IMG/VR virus record: IMGVR_UViG_3300021142_000007
Span: 71,400-135,399 of that record
Direction: 5' to 3' (one strand)
Source: a virus
DNA: 64,000 nucleotides
The notes under the pieces are model-generated. The model saw only the letters and a list, made by a program, of their open reading frames with translations. It was not told the DNA's origin and searched no databases. The translations under genes were made by a program, and so were the position numbers. This document shows positions 42,576-53,028 of this stretch, in pieces (position 1 is the first letter of the stretch; each line of letters begins with the position of its first letter).

Positions 42576-43482
42576 TAAACTACATAAATTTATTACTAAG
42601 GCCTCTGTTATTCATAAGAACAAATATTCATATGCTGATTCCATTTACATTTCAAGTAAAACAAAAATAACTATAGTATGTCAAGAACACGGTATTTTTG
42701 CGCAAACTCCGAATAATCACTTAAAAGGTAAAGGATGCCCAAAATGTGGGATAATAAATAGAAAAAATTGCAAAACCAAAAATATTATTCAGTTTGTTAA
42801 CGAAGCTAAAGAAATCCATAAAGACAAGTATGATTATTCAAAGGTTATTTACAAAAATTTAAAAACTAAAGTAATAATCATATGCCCAGAACATGGGTTA
42901 TTTAGCCAAACACCAAAATCTCATTTGAAGGGTTGCGGTTGCCCAAAATGCGGTAGAATAATATGTGGTGATAAACTATCTTTAAATACAAATGTTTTTA
43001 TAAATGAAGCTAAGAAAATTCATAAGAACAAATATGATTACTCCCTAGTTAATTATAAAAACATGAATTATAAAGTGAAAATTATTTGTAATCTTCATGG
43101 TATTTTCAGCTGTTCGCCTAACCATCATTTATATATGAAATCTGGGTGTCCAGTTTGTAAAGAATCAAAAGGAGAAATAACAATAAGAGAGTATTTAATA
43201 AATAATAATATTAAATTTATACCACAATATAAAATACCTGAATGTAAAAATAAAAAACCATTACCATTTGATTTTTACTTACCAAAATATAACACATGTA
43301 TTGAATTTAATGGCTCCCAACATTATCAAGTTAATAGTTTTTTTGGTGAATCAAATTTTAACTTAACACAGAAAAACGATAAAATAAAAATGGAATACTG
43401 TAAAAATAACAGTATTCCATTAATTATAGTTAAATATAACGAAGATGTTGTTAAAATGTTAGATTTATATTTTAAAACCTAA
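42568..43482 (+). CDS. Homing endonuclease (3x DUF723-like repeats plus Vsr/DUF559-like nuclease)
   Basis: Same architecture as 35533-36240. Confidence 0.8.
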   Translation: MSDKLHKFITKASVIHKNKYSYADSIYISSKTKITIVCQEHGIFAQTPNNHLKGKGCPKCGIINRKNCKTKNIIQFVNEAKEIHKDKYDYSKVIYKNLKTKVIIICPEHGLFSQTPKSHLKGCGCPKCGRIICGDKLSLNTNVFINEAKKIHKNKYDYSLVNYKNMNYKVKIICNLHGIFSCSPNHHLYMKSGCPVCKESKGEITIREYLINNNIKFIPQYKIPECKNKKPLPFDFYLPKYNTCIEFNGSQHYQVNSFFGESNFNLTQKNDKIKMEYCKNNSIPLIIVKYNEDVVKMLDLYFKT

Positions 43483-44805
43483 CGTATCTTTTTCTTTTTG
43501 AACCTGGCTTGAATAAAAGCCCTTGTAAGACTCTTTTATTAGGCTTATGGTATCTTCCATCTTCCAGTTAGGGTCATCTTCTGACATCTCCTTCAAGTTA
43601 TCCGCTAGGTTAGCAATGAAAGCACCAGTTATATTAACCTTCCTTCCATTTATACTGCACTTAAGAGCATCATATACTTCTTCAACATGCCATTCTTTAG
43701 GGAGGTGAATCTTACATACCTTTTCTATTTGACTCTCGTCAAGGAAGCTATAATCCAAGGTGAAGTTAAACCTACCTGGTCTCTCAGCCGCTTTATCCAC
43801 CAAGCCCTTATCGTTGGTAGAAGCCAATAGGCTTATCTTACGTTTCTTAACACCATCGAAGAAGGATAAGAACTGGCCCAGTAGTCTTGTATAGCTACCA
43901 TTATCACGAGAACCAAGATACAAGTCGATATCATCCATGATGATTACACCATTCTCAAATATCTCACAAGCTTCGAGTATGCTTGTTAGGTCATCAGATG
44001 TTTCGAAGTCTGGTATAATGAAGGTTGCATGTGGTACAAGCTTACGAGCAATTTCACGTATACTTTCGGTTTTACCTGTGCCTGGTTCCCCGTTCAACAA
44101 GTACCTAGCATTATTGCCCTTCAATACGCGGTCAACAAAATGCTGGATAAACTTCCTCTGAACTTCGGTAAGTATCAATTCGTTTTCAGACTCTTTGATA
44201 TCTATTATTTCGATACCCTTAAATCTTCCTTCACGAAGCTTAACCTTTATAACCTTACCTTTGTATTCAGAATGATTGAACGCTAGGCTCATTATTCTTT
44301 TGAATATCTTTTCGAACTCTAACGGTGTTATACCCTTCTTAGCCGCTATGTTTACTTGTATCATTACTTCACGGCTATTTGTTACGTGTATTAGCGTTTG
44401 AAATATGAACTCGTTGTCTGGTATGTCTTTAAAAGAACCCTTGAACCAGTATTGTCCAGTAACATCAAAGATTCCGTTAAACCTTAGTCTTCCGATGCTG
44501 TCGGAGTGACCATAGCTTTCAACAACGAAGTCTTTATGCTTACCTCTGAATGAACCATGTAAATAAGCGTTTAGGATTGCTAGTTCAAGAAAGGTTATAT
44601 CGTGAGCTTCATGTTCTGACTTGTACGTCTCCAATTCTTCATCTATTTCTTTTTCGTCATCTTCGAAGAGTCTACCTATAGATTCTGGCAAAGGCCTTTC
44701 TGGGTCAATAATAATATCCATACCAAGCTGTTCTGCTTTTTCTTCTATAAGTTGTCTGATAGAAATAGTTCCCATGTCTTCTATTTTAATTTTACCCTTA
44801 TCCAT
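43465..44805 (-). CDS. AAA+ ATPase
   Basis: GEPGTGKT, IIMDDID, ERPGRF. Confidence 0.85.
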   Translation of the reverse strand: MDKGKIKIEDMGTISIRQLIEEKAEQLGMDIIIDPERPLPESIGRLFEDDEKEIDEELETYKSEHEAHDITFLELAILNAYLHGSFRGKHKDFVVESYGHSDSIGRLRFNGIFDVTGQYWFKGSFKDIPDNEFIFQTLIHVTNSREVMIQVNIAAKKGITPLEFEKIFKRIMSLAFNHSEYKGKVIKVKLREGRFKGIEIIDIKESENELILTEVQRKFIQHFVDRVLKGNNARYLLNGEPGTGKTESIREIARKLVPHATFIIPDFETSDDLTSILEACEIFENGVIIMDDIDLYLGSRDNGSYTRLLGQFLSFFDGVKKRKISLLASTNDKGLVDKAAERPGRFNFTLDYSFLDESQIEKVCKIHLPKEWHVEEVYDALKCSINGRKVNITGAFIANLADNLKEMSEDDPNWKMEDTISLIKESYKGFYSSQVQKEKDTLGFKI

Positions 44806-44816
44806 ATTAATTTTTT

Positions 44817-45440
44817 TTATTCCGTTCTTGTTAATTTTTGATACTCTACGTGTGATAATTTATCGATAACTTGATAGTGAGTGATTGGCTTGTAGTCATG
44901 AAGCATACAACCGACATCTATGACCCTTCTGTTGTCATAGAAGCTTGCGTCTTCACCATGGTGAAGATTTCCATGCGTATGGCCATGTATCATATACGCG
45001 CCGTGATGTGCTTTATTCCAGCTATATATCGGATAATGAAAACAACAGAATAAGTTCTCTTGTCTATTGCCATCCTTTTCGTGTGTTATCTTTACTTCAA
45101 GATAATCCTGTATGGTTTGGAAACGACCAAAGCCTTTTATATCCTCGTATTTGTCATGATTGCCTAGCACATAGTGAATACCACCATTAAGTCTTTTTAG
45201 CAAGTCAGACACTTCTTGTTTTTCACTGGATTTGGCAAAGCTAAGGTCCCCTAGATAAATAACCGTATCTTCTGGAGCAACCACTTGATTCCAACCATCT
45301 TCTATTGCTGAATTCATTTCTTCAACACTATTAAATGGTCTGTTATCAAACTTAAGTATATTAGCGTGACTTATGTGTAAATCACTCGTAAAGAATATGT
45401 TCTTGGGTTTTCCTTGTGTTAGGTCTATATTTATTCTCAT
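44817..45440 (-). CDS. Metallophosphoesterase
   Basis: TSDLH, LGD, GNHD, HGHTH. Confidence 0.9.
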   Translation of the reverse strand: MRINIDLTQGKPKNIFFTSDLHISHANILKFDNRPFNSVEEMNSAIEDGWNQVVAPEDTVIYLGDLSFAKSSEKQEVSDLLKRLNGGIHYVLGNHDKYEDIKGFGRFQTIQDYLEVKITHEKDGNRQENLFCCFHYPIYSWNKAHHGAYMIHGHTHGNLHHGEDASFYDNRRVIDVGCMLHDYKPITHYQVIDKLSHVEYQKLTRTE

Positions 45441-45964
45441 TTTCCTAGTTCTTTTTTAATATCCCCGATAATCATATCAAGGTTTTCAGATTTAATTCCT
45501 AAGATACTATTATCATCCAAAAACTTCTTCAACTTCGCATCAACAAGCTTTGCGGCCTCTAGGTCTTGATAACGGCCCTCTGTTTCATAATCAAAGCTTG
45601 TATCTCTTTCTATGAAGTACAACAAGTTATTGTACTTATGGTATTCCTTTAGAACCAAAGCCTTTAACTCTTGACATTCTGATTGGTCGTATACGCAGTT
45701 CAGAATCAATGGAGAGTCCGTTATTATAACATCAACTTCATCTTTCATAGTGAACAACTGAAACTGTTGCTTGCCAAATAGATACTCTTGGTTTTGAACC
45801 ACCTTAACCGCTTTTTCACGAAGCTTTCTTTTTATATACTCCCATGAAACATCACAAGTTATACCAGAGCGTTTTAGCTTAGCAAACAATTCTGCTGATA
45901 GGATTGACTTTCCTGTACCTGGCCCACCAATCACATTAACCACCAAACACTCTTTATTCTCCAT
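45437..45964 (-). CDS. P-loop kinase (NadR/AAA_28-like)
   Basis: GGPGTGKS, ITDSP. Confidence 0.7.
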   Translation of the reverse strand: MENKECLVVNVIGGPGTGKSILSAELFAKLKRSGITCDVSWEYIKRKLREKAVKVVQNQEYLFGKQQFQLFTMKDEVDVIITDSPLILNCVYDQSECQELKALVLKEYHKYNNLLYFIERDTSFDYETEGRYQDLEAAKLVDAKLKKFLDDNSILGIKSENLDMIIGDIKKELGK

Positions 45965-46544
45965 CGCTTTCCATTTTTGCTTTTAACTTCGCAAGAACAT
46001 CGCTTGAATCACCCAAGCTAAATGTTGTTACCTTCTTTGTCTTAGGACTGGTTGTAGCCTTATGAATACCCTGTGCTTCTGCATTCTTAGAAGCTTCTAT
46101 AAAAGCATCGTGTCTGATACCACCTAGCAACCATTTTATATGCTTATCACCAGAAAGAGCTTTCTCGCTTACCCAGTTGATAAATTCTTGGCAAGCTTCG
46201 TGTGACATGAAGGTTGTGGTGTCTTTACCAGTAAATCCAAGCTTCTTATCACCAATCAGGTTACGAAGAGGGTTAACCTTATCAGCTTTTTCGTCAAATA
46301 ATGACTTCATGCTGTTAAGCAGGTCGGTCTTGTATTGTTCGCTCTCCATACCCTCCATAATTTCAGAAATAGATACCAATGGAGCACTGGTAATAGCGCA
46401 ACTAAACTTACCTTCTGGCTTGTCCAAAACCTTTTTGATATTGGTCACAGGGAAATAAGCTCTAACAAGATGACTCAAAAATGTTTTGCTCTTCGGGTTT
46501 GCTAACATAGTGTCCAAGTTAGCGTGGATTTTTTCTTTAGTCAT
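45954..46544 (-). CDS. Hypothetical protein
   Basis: 196-aa ORF. Confidence 0.55.
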   Translation of the reverse strand: MTKEKIHANLDTMLANPKSKTFLSHLVRAYFPVTNIKKVLDKPEGKFSCAITSAPLVSISEIMEGMESEQYKTDLLNSMKSLFDEKADKVNPLRNLIGDKKLGFTGKDTTTFMSHEACQEFINWVSEKALSGDKHIKWLLGGIRHDAFIEASKNAEAQGIHKATTSPKTKKVTTFSLGDSSDVLAKLKAKMESDGE

Positions 46545-46659
46545 GTCTATTTTGTAGTTAGTAAATAATAAGTTAAGAAAAGTTGTACGTAGTGTAATTA
46601 TTTATTTTATTCTGGTCCATTTTCTTATCTTAGTATGATACCAAAGATAATTGTTAAGC

Positions 46660-47094
46660 TCATGATGCTAATTGTTCGTTAAGTAATTTTTGTACAACCT
46701 TATTGTCGAAAGCCTTACCGTGATTTTCCTTGTTGAAAGTGCCCATCAAAAATCCAGCGTTTTTATTGATACTAGGACGAGCCAAAATTTCAACAAGAAT
46801 ACCACGTATTTCATCTTCACTCATTAACTTAGGAAGGTATGGTTGAAGGAAAGACAGCTCAAGTTCTTGGTCTTGTGTGGGTTGACCAAGCTTTCTTTTA
46901 GCTTCAATGGTTTCATTGATACCTTTCTCGAATTTCTTAACTATCTTAAGAACGTTTTCATCGGTTGATGCTATCATTTTACCTTCTTCCGTTTGGATTT
47001 GACCTTTAAGTACTCCGAGGAAGTTCTTCTTGGTCATTTCTTTAGCTTTGTATGCTGTTAAGAAATCTGCGTTTATTTGTTCTTTAAGACTCAT
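46660..47094 (-). CDS. GatB/YqeY domain protein
   Basis: MSLKEQINADF..AYKAK...YLPKLMSE.EI. Confidence 0.8.
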   Translation of the reverse strand: MSLKEQINADFLTAYKAKEMTKKNFLGVLKGQIQTEEGKMIASTDENVLKIVKKFEKGINETIEAKRKLGQPTQDQELELSFLQPYLPKLMSEDEIRGILVEILARPSINKNAGFLMGTFNKENHGKAFDNKVVQKLLNEQLAS

Positions 47095-48652
47095 ATATTT
47101 AGTTTTTCTTGTTTACAATAAAGTGGTGACAGTGTTTGTTTCCATCAACCCCATAATACAACGGTGTTAACTCCCCACGTTGTATCTTTTCACCAACCTC
47201 TTTCCTTTCTTCAGATGTTGCCCCATCGCATATCTTAAACACCTTAAACGGCAACTTAACTTCTTTCAAGACTTCTGGTTCTGGTTCGATACTAGCTTTT
47301 TTCTTGGCCGTTTCTTTCTTCTTAGAAGTCTTTTTAACAGGTTCTGGTCTTTTCTTAGGTATTATTTCTTTTATGGGTTTTGGCTTAACCTTTTTTCTTT
47401 CTTTTGCCATTTAATTAATCGTTACAAAGGTACTATTATTTTTCGAATAATGCAAGGATTATCTATTTTTAATTTTAGAACTCATCAGCATCGTTAGCTG
47501 ATGCAGCTACTATTATGTTGAGTTGAGCCATTATGTGAAAACTTTAATTTACCATTCTCTTCCGTTATGGAAGTTAGTGTGTCTTTGGAATATGTCATTA
47601 TATCGAAAACTACTGAACGACTCTGGTCTAACCAACGCTTAAATATTAGTTGACCCTTGGCATTATAAAGATATAGTTCGTTACCGATGATTGCTTTTGT
47701 TATCATGACTGATAGGGTTGAGGACCTTCAAAAATTTCACATATATCGAGATATGTAAACTTATCTAGGTTTTTAAAAATAACATCCAATTTCATTACGT
47801 TGGATAAGCTTGCTTTTTCAACGAATCTATGTTGTTCGTGTTCTAGGATATAAGACTCAAGCATAGCTTCTTCATCATGCTTTATGATTTCTTTTAGCTT
47901 ATCTATTTGTTGTTTGGATAAGTCTCCACCCTCAACACGATAACCTATTTCTGTTATTAATTCATCTGTTTTGAATTCGTCAATTTCAAATTCTAACTCA
48001 ACAGTTCTATAGTGTCTCATTTCATTCGTTTAATGAATAATTAAATAATAGTTCGGTGCATGTATCACAAAAAGATGGCGGTTTTTTACCGATTGGTGTT
48101 GAGATATAGTCCTTATCGCCTAGACCTCTTCTTTCGATTACAACACAATCACCATCTTCTACGTTATTTTCGCTACATGAAACATAACACATCATACAAA
48201 AACATCTATTACATAATGCTACAGGATTACCCCCATTAAGCTTTATAATCGGTTTTGGTATGTTCATGGCAAAGGTACTATTTAATTTTTACATTATCAA
48301 GCTTATTACCATAAATATCTTTATGTATTGGAATCGGTTGGTTCTACCAGCAAGCTCTGTAAATACTTAACACTTGTTTCAACCAAGTCTTTCTTTTCAC
48401 TTACCTTTTCGTTATCCGCAACCTTAATTAAGAGACATAATGCCTCGCAGAGTGTTGATATATCACCTAGCACCATATCCTTTATACCTTCTGGTGTTGT
48501 TGGTTCAACAAATCCATTTGGTTTTGATATATGTATTGGTTTATTTCTTGTAGTATCTAAATCAATTATAATAATATTTTTCATAGTATATTTTATACAA
48601 AAATACGGTTTTTTTCTGACAATTTCAAGTATTTATAAGAAAAAAAGTTACA

Positions 48653-48769
48653 ATGACAAAGAAAACACAAATTCGTATCAAAAGAAAAGGAGTTCATTCC
48701 AAGAAGAAAGCCGCATATAGCAAGGTTTCCAAGCATTATCTTAAGAAAAGTAGAGGACAAGGAAAATAA
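48653..48769 (+). CDS. Small basic protein (38 aa, ...RGQGK; not in ORF track)
   Basis: MTKKTQIRIKRKGVHSKKKAAYSKVSKHYLKKSRGQGK with upstream TATTTATA. Confidence 0.65.
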   Translation: MTKKTQIRIKRKGVHSKKKAAYSKVSKHYLKKSRGQGK

Positions 48770-50374
48770 TTATTTTATTTCCTTCAACGCTTTTTCATAG
48801 TCTGATTGGGTAAGACCATCGTTAGGATTTACCAGAATAAGCCTACCTGGGAATTCCTCTTCCGTATCATAAGCGACATCATCCAAGACTACAAAGTCAG
48901 TAACATTATGATGGTCTAACCAAGATTGAATCTGTTCTCCACGCAAATACTTGCTAATAGGGACCGTTTTACCAATTACTTCACCAGTTACGCCAGCTGA
49001 CTTTAAATTTGCCTTTAAATCGTCAAAAACCATGTTGTTTTTACAAGATGAAATCATTACTATCTTAGCATTAGTTTCATCGGTAAGCTTATTCAAGTTT
49101 TTAATAGCTGTCTTGTCCCAACCCTTATTACAATCCTTTTCGCCATTTTCAAGTTCATGTGTTTTTGTAATAATAACACCATGAATATCCAAGAAAACTA
49201 CCTTTGTTGGTGTATAATCAGCCTTAGCAATGACTTCGCTTTTTTCTGCGTAGTGAATCCTTTCAAGAACGTTTTCCATAGCAGATAAGATACCCTTGTA
49301 TTTATCATCACTGTTTATCATCACCCACGGTGAAAATAAGAAGTTAGTATGTTCAAGTGTTTTTTCAATATAAGGCGTAAGCTTATCCCAATTGGCAACC
49401 ATGCTCTCGTCATTCTTGCTGAACTTCCAGTATCTAAGTGGGTCTCTCTTTCTTAATTCAAATCTAAGCTTTTGATTATCTTTGGTTATATCAAACCAAA
49501 GCTTAATAAGTATAACACCTTCTTTTTCAATCAGCTTCTTTTCAAAGTCACCAACTTCATCCATGAATTCTTCGTATTGTTTCTTGGTACAGTATCCCAT
49601 TGCTGGTTCTATTACTGACCTATTATACCAAGACCTATCAAAAAGAACTATTTCGCCTTCCTTTGGCAAGACTTTCTTATAGCGTTTAAACCAATTATTC
49701 TTTTCATCTTCCGTTGGAATACCGAAGGTTTCTACCCTTGTATGCTTAGGGTTCAAGAATTCTTTAAAGGTTTCTATATTCGAACCCTTACCAGCTGCAT
49801 CACGGCCTTCAAATAGAATGATTATACGCTTGTTGTTTTCAACAGCCCATTCTTGTAGCTTAAGCAATTCTATTTGTAACAAGTACTTCTTTTTCAAGAA
49901 TTTTTTGTATGATAGTTTTTTTGAGTCATTTATTACTGACTTGATTGCTTCGTATTGCTTATCTTTTTTGGTATTTTCTTTATACGTTTCATAAACGCTC
50001 TCCACAAGAGAGTCAATATCAGTAATGTAGTCATCGATAAGCTTGCTCGGCTTTTTATTTTTGGATATCTTTATTAGTAATTGTATTATACCTAGCTTCT
50101 TAAGTACGCTTTCTTCAAATTCTGATTCAAGCTCGGATACCTTGCTAAGTATTTTTTTGGGGTTCTCAGATAAGTCTTTTAACTCAACCAAAGCCTTAGC
50201 CAAACGATTCTTGAAAAAGTCCAATTTATGTCTTTCTTCAAGCGCATGTCTTAGATTTACCATCAAGTCCTTAACACACTCAATAACCTCGTCTAGGGCG
50301 GCTTCTTCTTTCTTAAAGAAATTTTCGCTTATAAGGTTTAATTCTTTTCTAAGTAATTGCTTGGTTAGTTTCAT
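48770..50374 (-). CDS. ppk2: Polyphosphate kinase 2 fused to C-terminal HAD domain
   Basis: FEGRDAAGKG, FDRSWYNR, LRYWKFS; then FLDIHGV...VVLDD. Confidence 0.88.
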   Translation of the reverse strand: MKLTKQLLRKELNLISENFFKKEEAALDEVIECVKDLMVNLRHALEERHKLDFFKNRLAKALVELKDLSENPKKILSKVSELESEFEESVLKKLGIIQLLIKISKNKKPSKLIDDYITDIDSLVESVYETYKENTKKDKQYEAIKSVINDSKKLSYKKFLKKKYLLQIELLKLQEWAVENNKRIIILFEGRDAAGKGSNIETFKEFLNPKHTRVETFGIPTEDEKNNWFKRYKKVLPKEGEIVLFDRSWYNRSVIEPAMGYCTKKQYEEFMDEVGDFEKKLIEKEGVILIKLWFDITKDNQKLRFELRKRDPLRYWKFSKNDESMVANWDKLTPYIEKTLEHTNFLFSPWVMINSDDKYKGILSAMENVLERIHYAEKSEVIAKADYTPTKVVFLDIHGVIITKTHELENGEKDCNKGWDKTAIKNLNKLTDETNAKIVMISSCKNNMVFDDLKANLKSAGVTGEVIGKTVPISKYLRGEQIQSWLDHHNVTDFVVLDDVAYDTEEEFPGRLILVNPNDGLTQSDYEKALKEIK

Positions 50375-51456
50375 TAGTGTATGGTTAATAATACATTCTT
50401 AACATCTTTTCTGAATGCTGCGTCATCACCATCTTCAGGTGTAACAATTACGCTCCATTTAGGAATATCTGTCTTAGGAATGCTTTTCATTTCATCATAT
50501 GTTAATACATCGTCTTTATTTAATTTGAAGTGCTTAGCAACACGAGACTTCAAAATTTCTTCATCACTTGTTTTCATCAAATCTAAATCACTAAATAATT
50601 CTTTTGGTACTGTTTTAGACAACTTTTGCTTTCCAACATCAATCTTATCCATTTCTTTTTTATTGGCACCCACAGAAAATGTTGTGTCAAACCCCTTAGC
50701 ATCTGTTGCAACATCACCCATCTTCGTATAAGCATAACTATCAACGTTATAACCATCTTCCTTTAAGCGTTTCATAACATTTTCAGCAATACTTACATAT
50801 CTCTTGGTAAAGAAGTCTCCAGAATCATTCCAACGTAGTATAACCTTTGGTTTATATCCCTTAAGTGCTTTGTGTTCTATGGCTTTAGCTTTGAGTTCTC
50901 TATACATTTGCTCTTCATACTCGTCTGGGTGATTAAGCAAGTAATTAAGTCTTCTGGTCATTGAATCATAAGATGCTGCGTAGCGTATATAATTACCTTT
51001 CATTGCATAGCATATCGCTATGCAGCTTCCCGCGCCTGGACACGTATTGACATAATAGAACTTTTTATTCTTTATATCATAAGCTAGACCTCTAAGTGCT
51101 GGTAAGCCAGTTTTATACACAAATTCATGTGGGCCACCACTCTTAAGTATCTTTTCATTCGTATTGATTAAATTATTTGGCTTTTGAGTGATTTTTTCTA
51201 TGAAATCGTTCAAAACAACACCAGACTTGGAGTCTTTGAAAAAAGAAGACTTAGCATGTAGATATGGTGTACCCTTGTTGAACTTTTCTCTTTCACCATA
51301 CTCTTTATCAGCATTTGCAACCAGTTTATTCAAATAATCTGTTATATCTTTAGGGTCAACACATGTTTTTTTAACATCTGAAAAAGTATCTTCCCAATCT
51401 ACTTCGTCCAATTGAGCTTTAAACGCTAGTGCTTCTCTTACAAGTCTTTTAATCAT
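50374..51456 (-). CDS. GP88-like Cys-cluster protein
   Basis: TCPGAGSCIAICYA, LRWNDSGDF, YAYTK. Confidence 0.65.
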   Translation of the reverse strand: MIKRLVREALAFKAQLDEVDWEDTFSDVKKTCVDPKDITDYLNKLVANADKEYGEREKFNKGTPYLHAKSSFFKDSKSGVVLNDFIEKITQKPNNLINTNEKILKSGGPHEFVYKTGLPALRGLAYDIKNKKFYYVNTCPGAGSCIAICYAMKGNYIRYAASYDSMTRRLNYLLNHPDEYEEQMYRELKAKAIEHKALKGYKPKVILRWNDSGDFFTKRYVSIAENVMKRLKEDGYNVDSYAYTKMGDVATDAKGFDTTFSVGANKKEMDKIDVGKQKLSKTVPKELFSDLDLMKTSDEEILKSRVAKHFKLNKDDVLTYDEMKSIPKTDIPKWSVIVTPEDGDDAAFRKDVKNVLLTIH

Positions 51457-51513
51457 AAAGTAATTTTACTATAAATATAACAGCAAGCAATAAAAAAACC
51501 GACATATGTCGGT

Positions 51514-52635
51514 TTAATTTACTACTTGTGTGATGTGACCACCACCTATTACGTCTGCTGGATTTTCTGGGTCGTAAAAAACGCTAGATTGACCTGGCGT
51601 GATGGCCCTTACTTGATGATGAAAGTCAATCCTAATGCTTTCGTTATCCAAGCAAGTTACCGTCCCCAATACCGTCTTGCCTCGGTATCTTACGTTTGCA
51701 AGCACTTCCATGCCATTCAAGGCCTCGAACGGATACTTTATGGTATTCACCTTAGATACAATCATAGACTGCCTCATAAGGTCCTTTTCCCTACCAAGAG
51801 TTACTTCATTGGTCTTGGGGTTTATATCGGTTACATATAATGGGTCACCATCACATATCCCCAAGCCCCTTCTTTGACCAATAGTAAAATAAGGATAACC
51901 GTCATGGGTTCCGATTACCTTTCCGTTTACGTCCAGAAAATTTCCTTGGGTTATTTCACGCTTTCTTGATAAGAATGCACGATAGTTGTTATCTGGGATG
52001 AAACATATTTCATAGCTTTCGCTCTTCTTTGCCATGTCTGGATAACCCCTATCCAACGCCATTTGTCTTATTTGCGTCTTTTCATATCCACCAACTGGGA
52101 ATATAGTTCTTTTTAAAACATCTTGGGTTAAACCATGAAGAACATATGATTGGTCCTTGGTAGCGTCCACTCCGCTTGATAGGATATATCGGCCATTTTC
52201 GTTTCGTATGATAGCGTAGTGACCAGTTGCTATGTATTCACAATCCATCTTATCAGCAATGCTAAGCAAAGCACCCCATTTGATGTGTGTATTGCATAGG
52301 ATACAAGGGTTAGGAGTTCTGCCAGACATATACTCGTCAACGAAGTTATTAATAACAGCATCGCTGAAGTCTGTACGTATATCGTATATATAGTGTGGGA
52401 TATCATAGTCAACACAAATAGCCCTCGCATCATTGATGTCATCAAGAGAACAACAACCAGTTGTCTTCTTTGACCCCTCCGCAACGCCAGAACTAGCGTA
52501 GTCCCAAGTTTTCATGGTTACCCCGATAGGCAATGCTTCAGCTTCCTTCAAAAGAATAGCTGACACGGTACTATCGATACCTCCGCTACATGCTACGAGC
52601 ACCTTCTTTCCCTTTAAGTGTGTTAAATCATTCAT
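51514..52635 (-). CDS. mnmA: tRNA 2-thiouridylase MnmA
   Basis: SGGIDS, TPNPCILCN, ATGHY, KDQSY, ICF, TIGQRRG, TPGQ; start MNDL. Confidence 0.95.
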   Translation of the reverse strand: MNDLTHLKGKKVLVACSGGIDSTVSAILLKEAEALPIGVTMKTWDYASSGVAEGSKKTTGCCSLDDINDARAICVDYDIPHYIYDIRTDFSDAVINNFVDEYMSGRTPNPCILCNTHIKWGALLSIADKMDCEYIATGHYAIIRNENGRYILSSGVDATKDQSYVLHGLTQDVLKRTIFPVGGYEKTQIRQMALDRGYPDMAKKSESYEICFIPDNNYRAFLSRKREITQGNFLDVNGKVIGTHDGYPYFTIGQRRGLGICDGDPLYVTDINPKTNEVTLGREKDLMRQSMIVSKVNTIKYPFEALNGMEVLANVRYRGKTVLGTVTCLDNESIRIDFHHQVRAITPGQSSVFYDPENPADVIGGGHITQVVN

Positions 52636-52648
52636 GTCAGATTTTTTG

Positions 52649-52720
52649 AGCCTCCAGCCAGAACCGACCTGGCAATCTTTCCATACCACAGAGAGATTTT
52701 TCCTGTTAAACTATGGAGGC
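52649..52720 (-). tRNA. Degenerate tRNA-Thr(GGU)
   Basis: Acceptor GCCUCCA/UGGAGGC, loop GUGGUAU, T stem GCCAG/CUGGC with noncanonical loop GUCGGUU. Confidence 0.6.
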
Positions 52721-52728
52721 AATTTAAA

Positions 52729-53028
52729 ATAACAAGATGAGCTTAGCCGCGATTCTGTTATTATCTCATCATTTATCTGCAAGTTTTATCTTGCTGGAGG
52801 GTAACCCCTACCACGCACCTACCTGTCTATCATCGAGCTGAAGGTTCCCACTCTAAGACTGTTTGGCTTGCACCCTATGTTGCGGAAGTGCTAACGATAG
52901 CCTTGTTATCCCCTACACTAAGGGGTAGTCCTCTATCTCCTTCCTCCTTCTGAAAGGTGTCGCGAACTTCCTCTAAATCACCTATCCATTTCTGGGGCAA
53001 CTCAGCGATGAGTTCTCTGTCTTGTTAT
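52729..53028 (-). ncRNA. rnpB: RNase P RNA
   Basis: GAGGAAGUUCGCG ... AGAUAAAUGA ... AACAGAAUCGCGGCUAA (P4 with bulged U); P1 and P2 (CUCAUC/GAUGAG) pair; TAGCTTTG promoter at 53035-42. Confidence 0.88.

Noticed and set aside
52636-52689. N-terminal extension of MnmA, or a tRNA-His(GUG) reading of this segment
   Set aside because: The segment folds better as tRNA-Thr(GGU) with U33/A37 and a GCC start; MnmA starts at 52635
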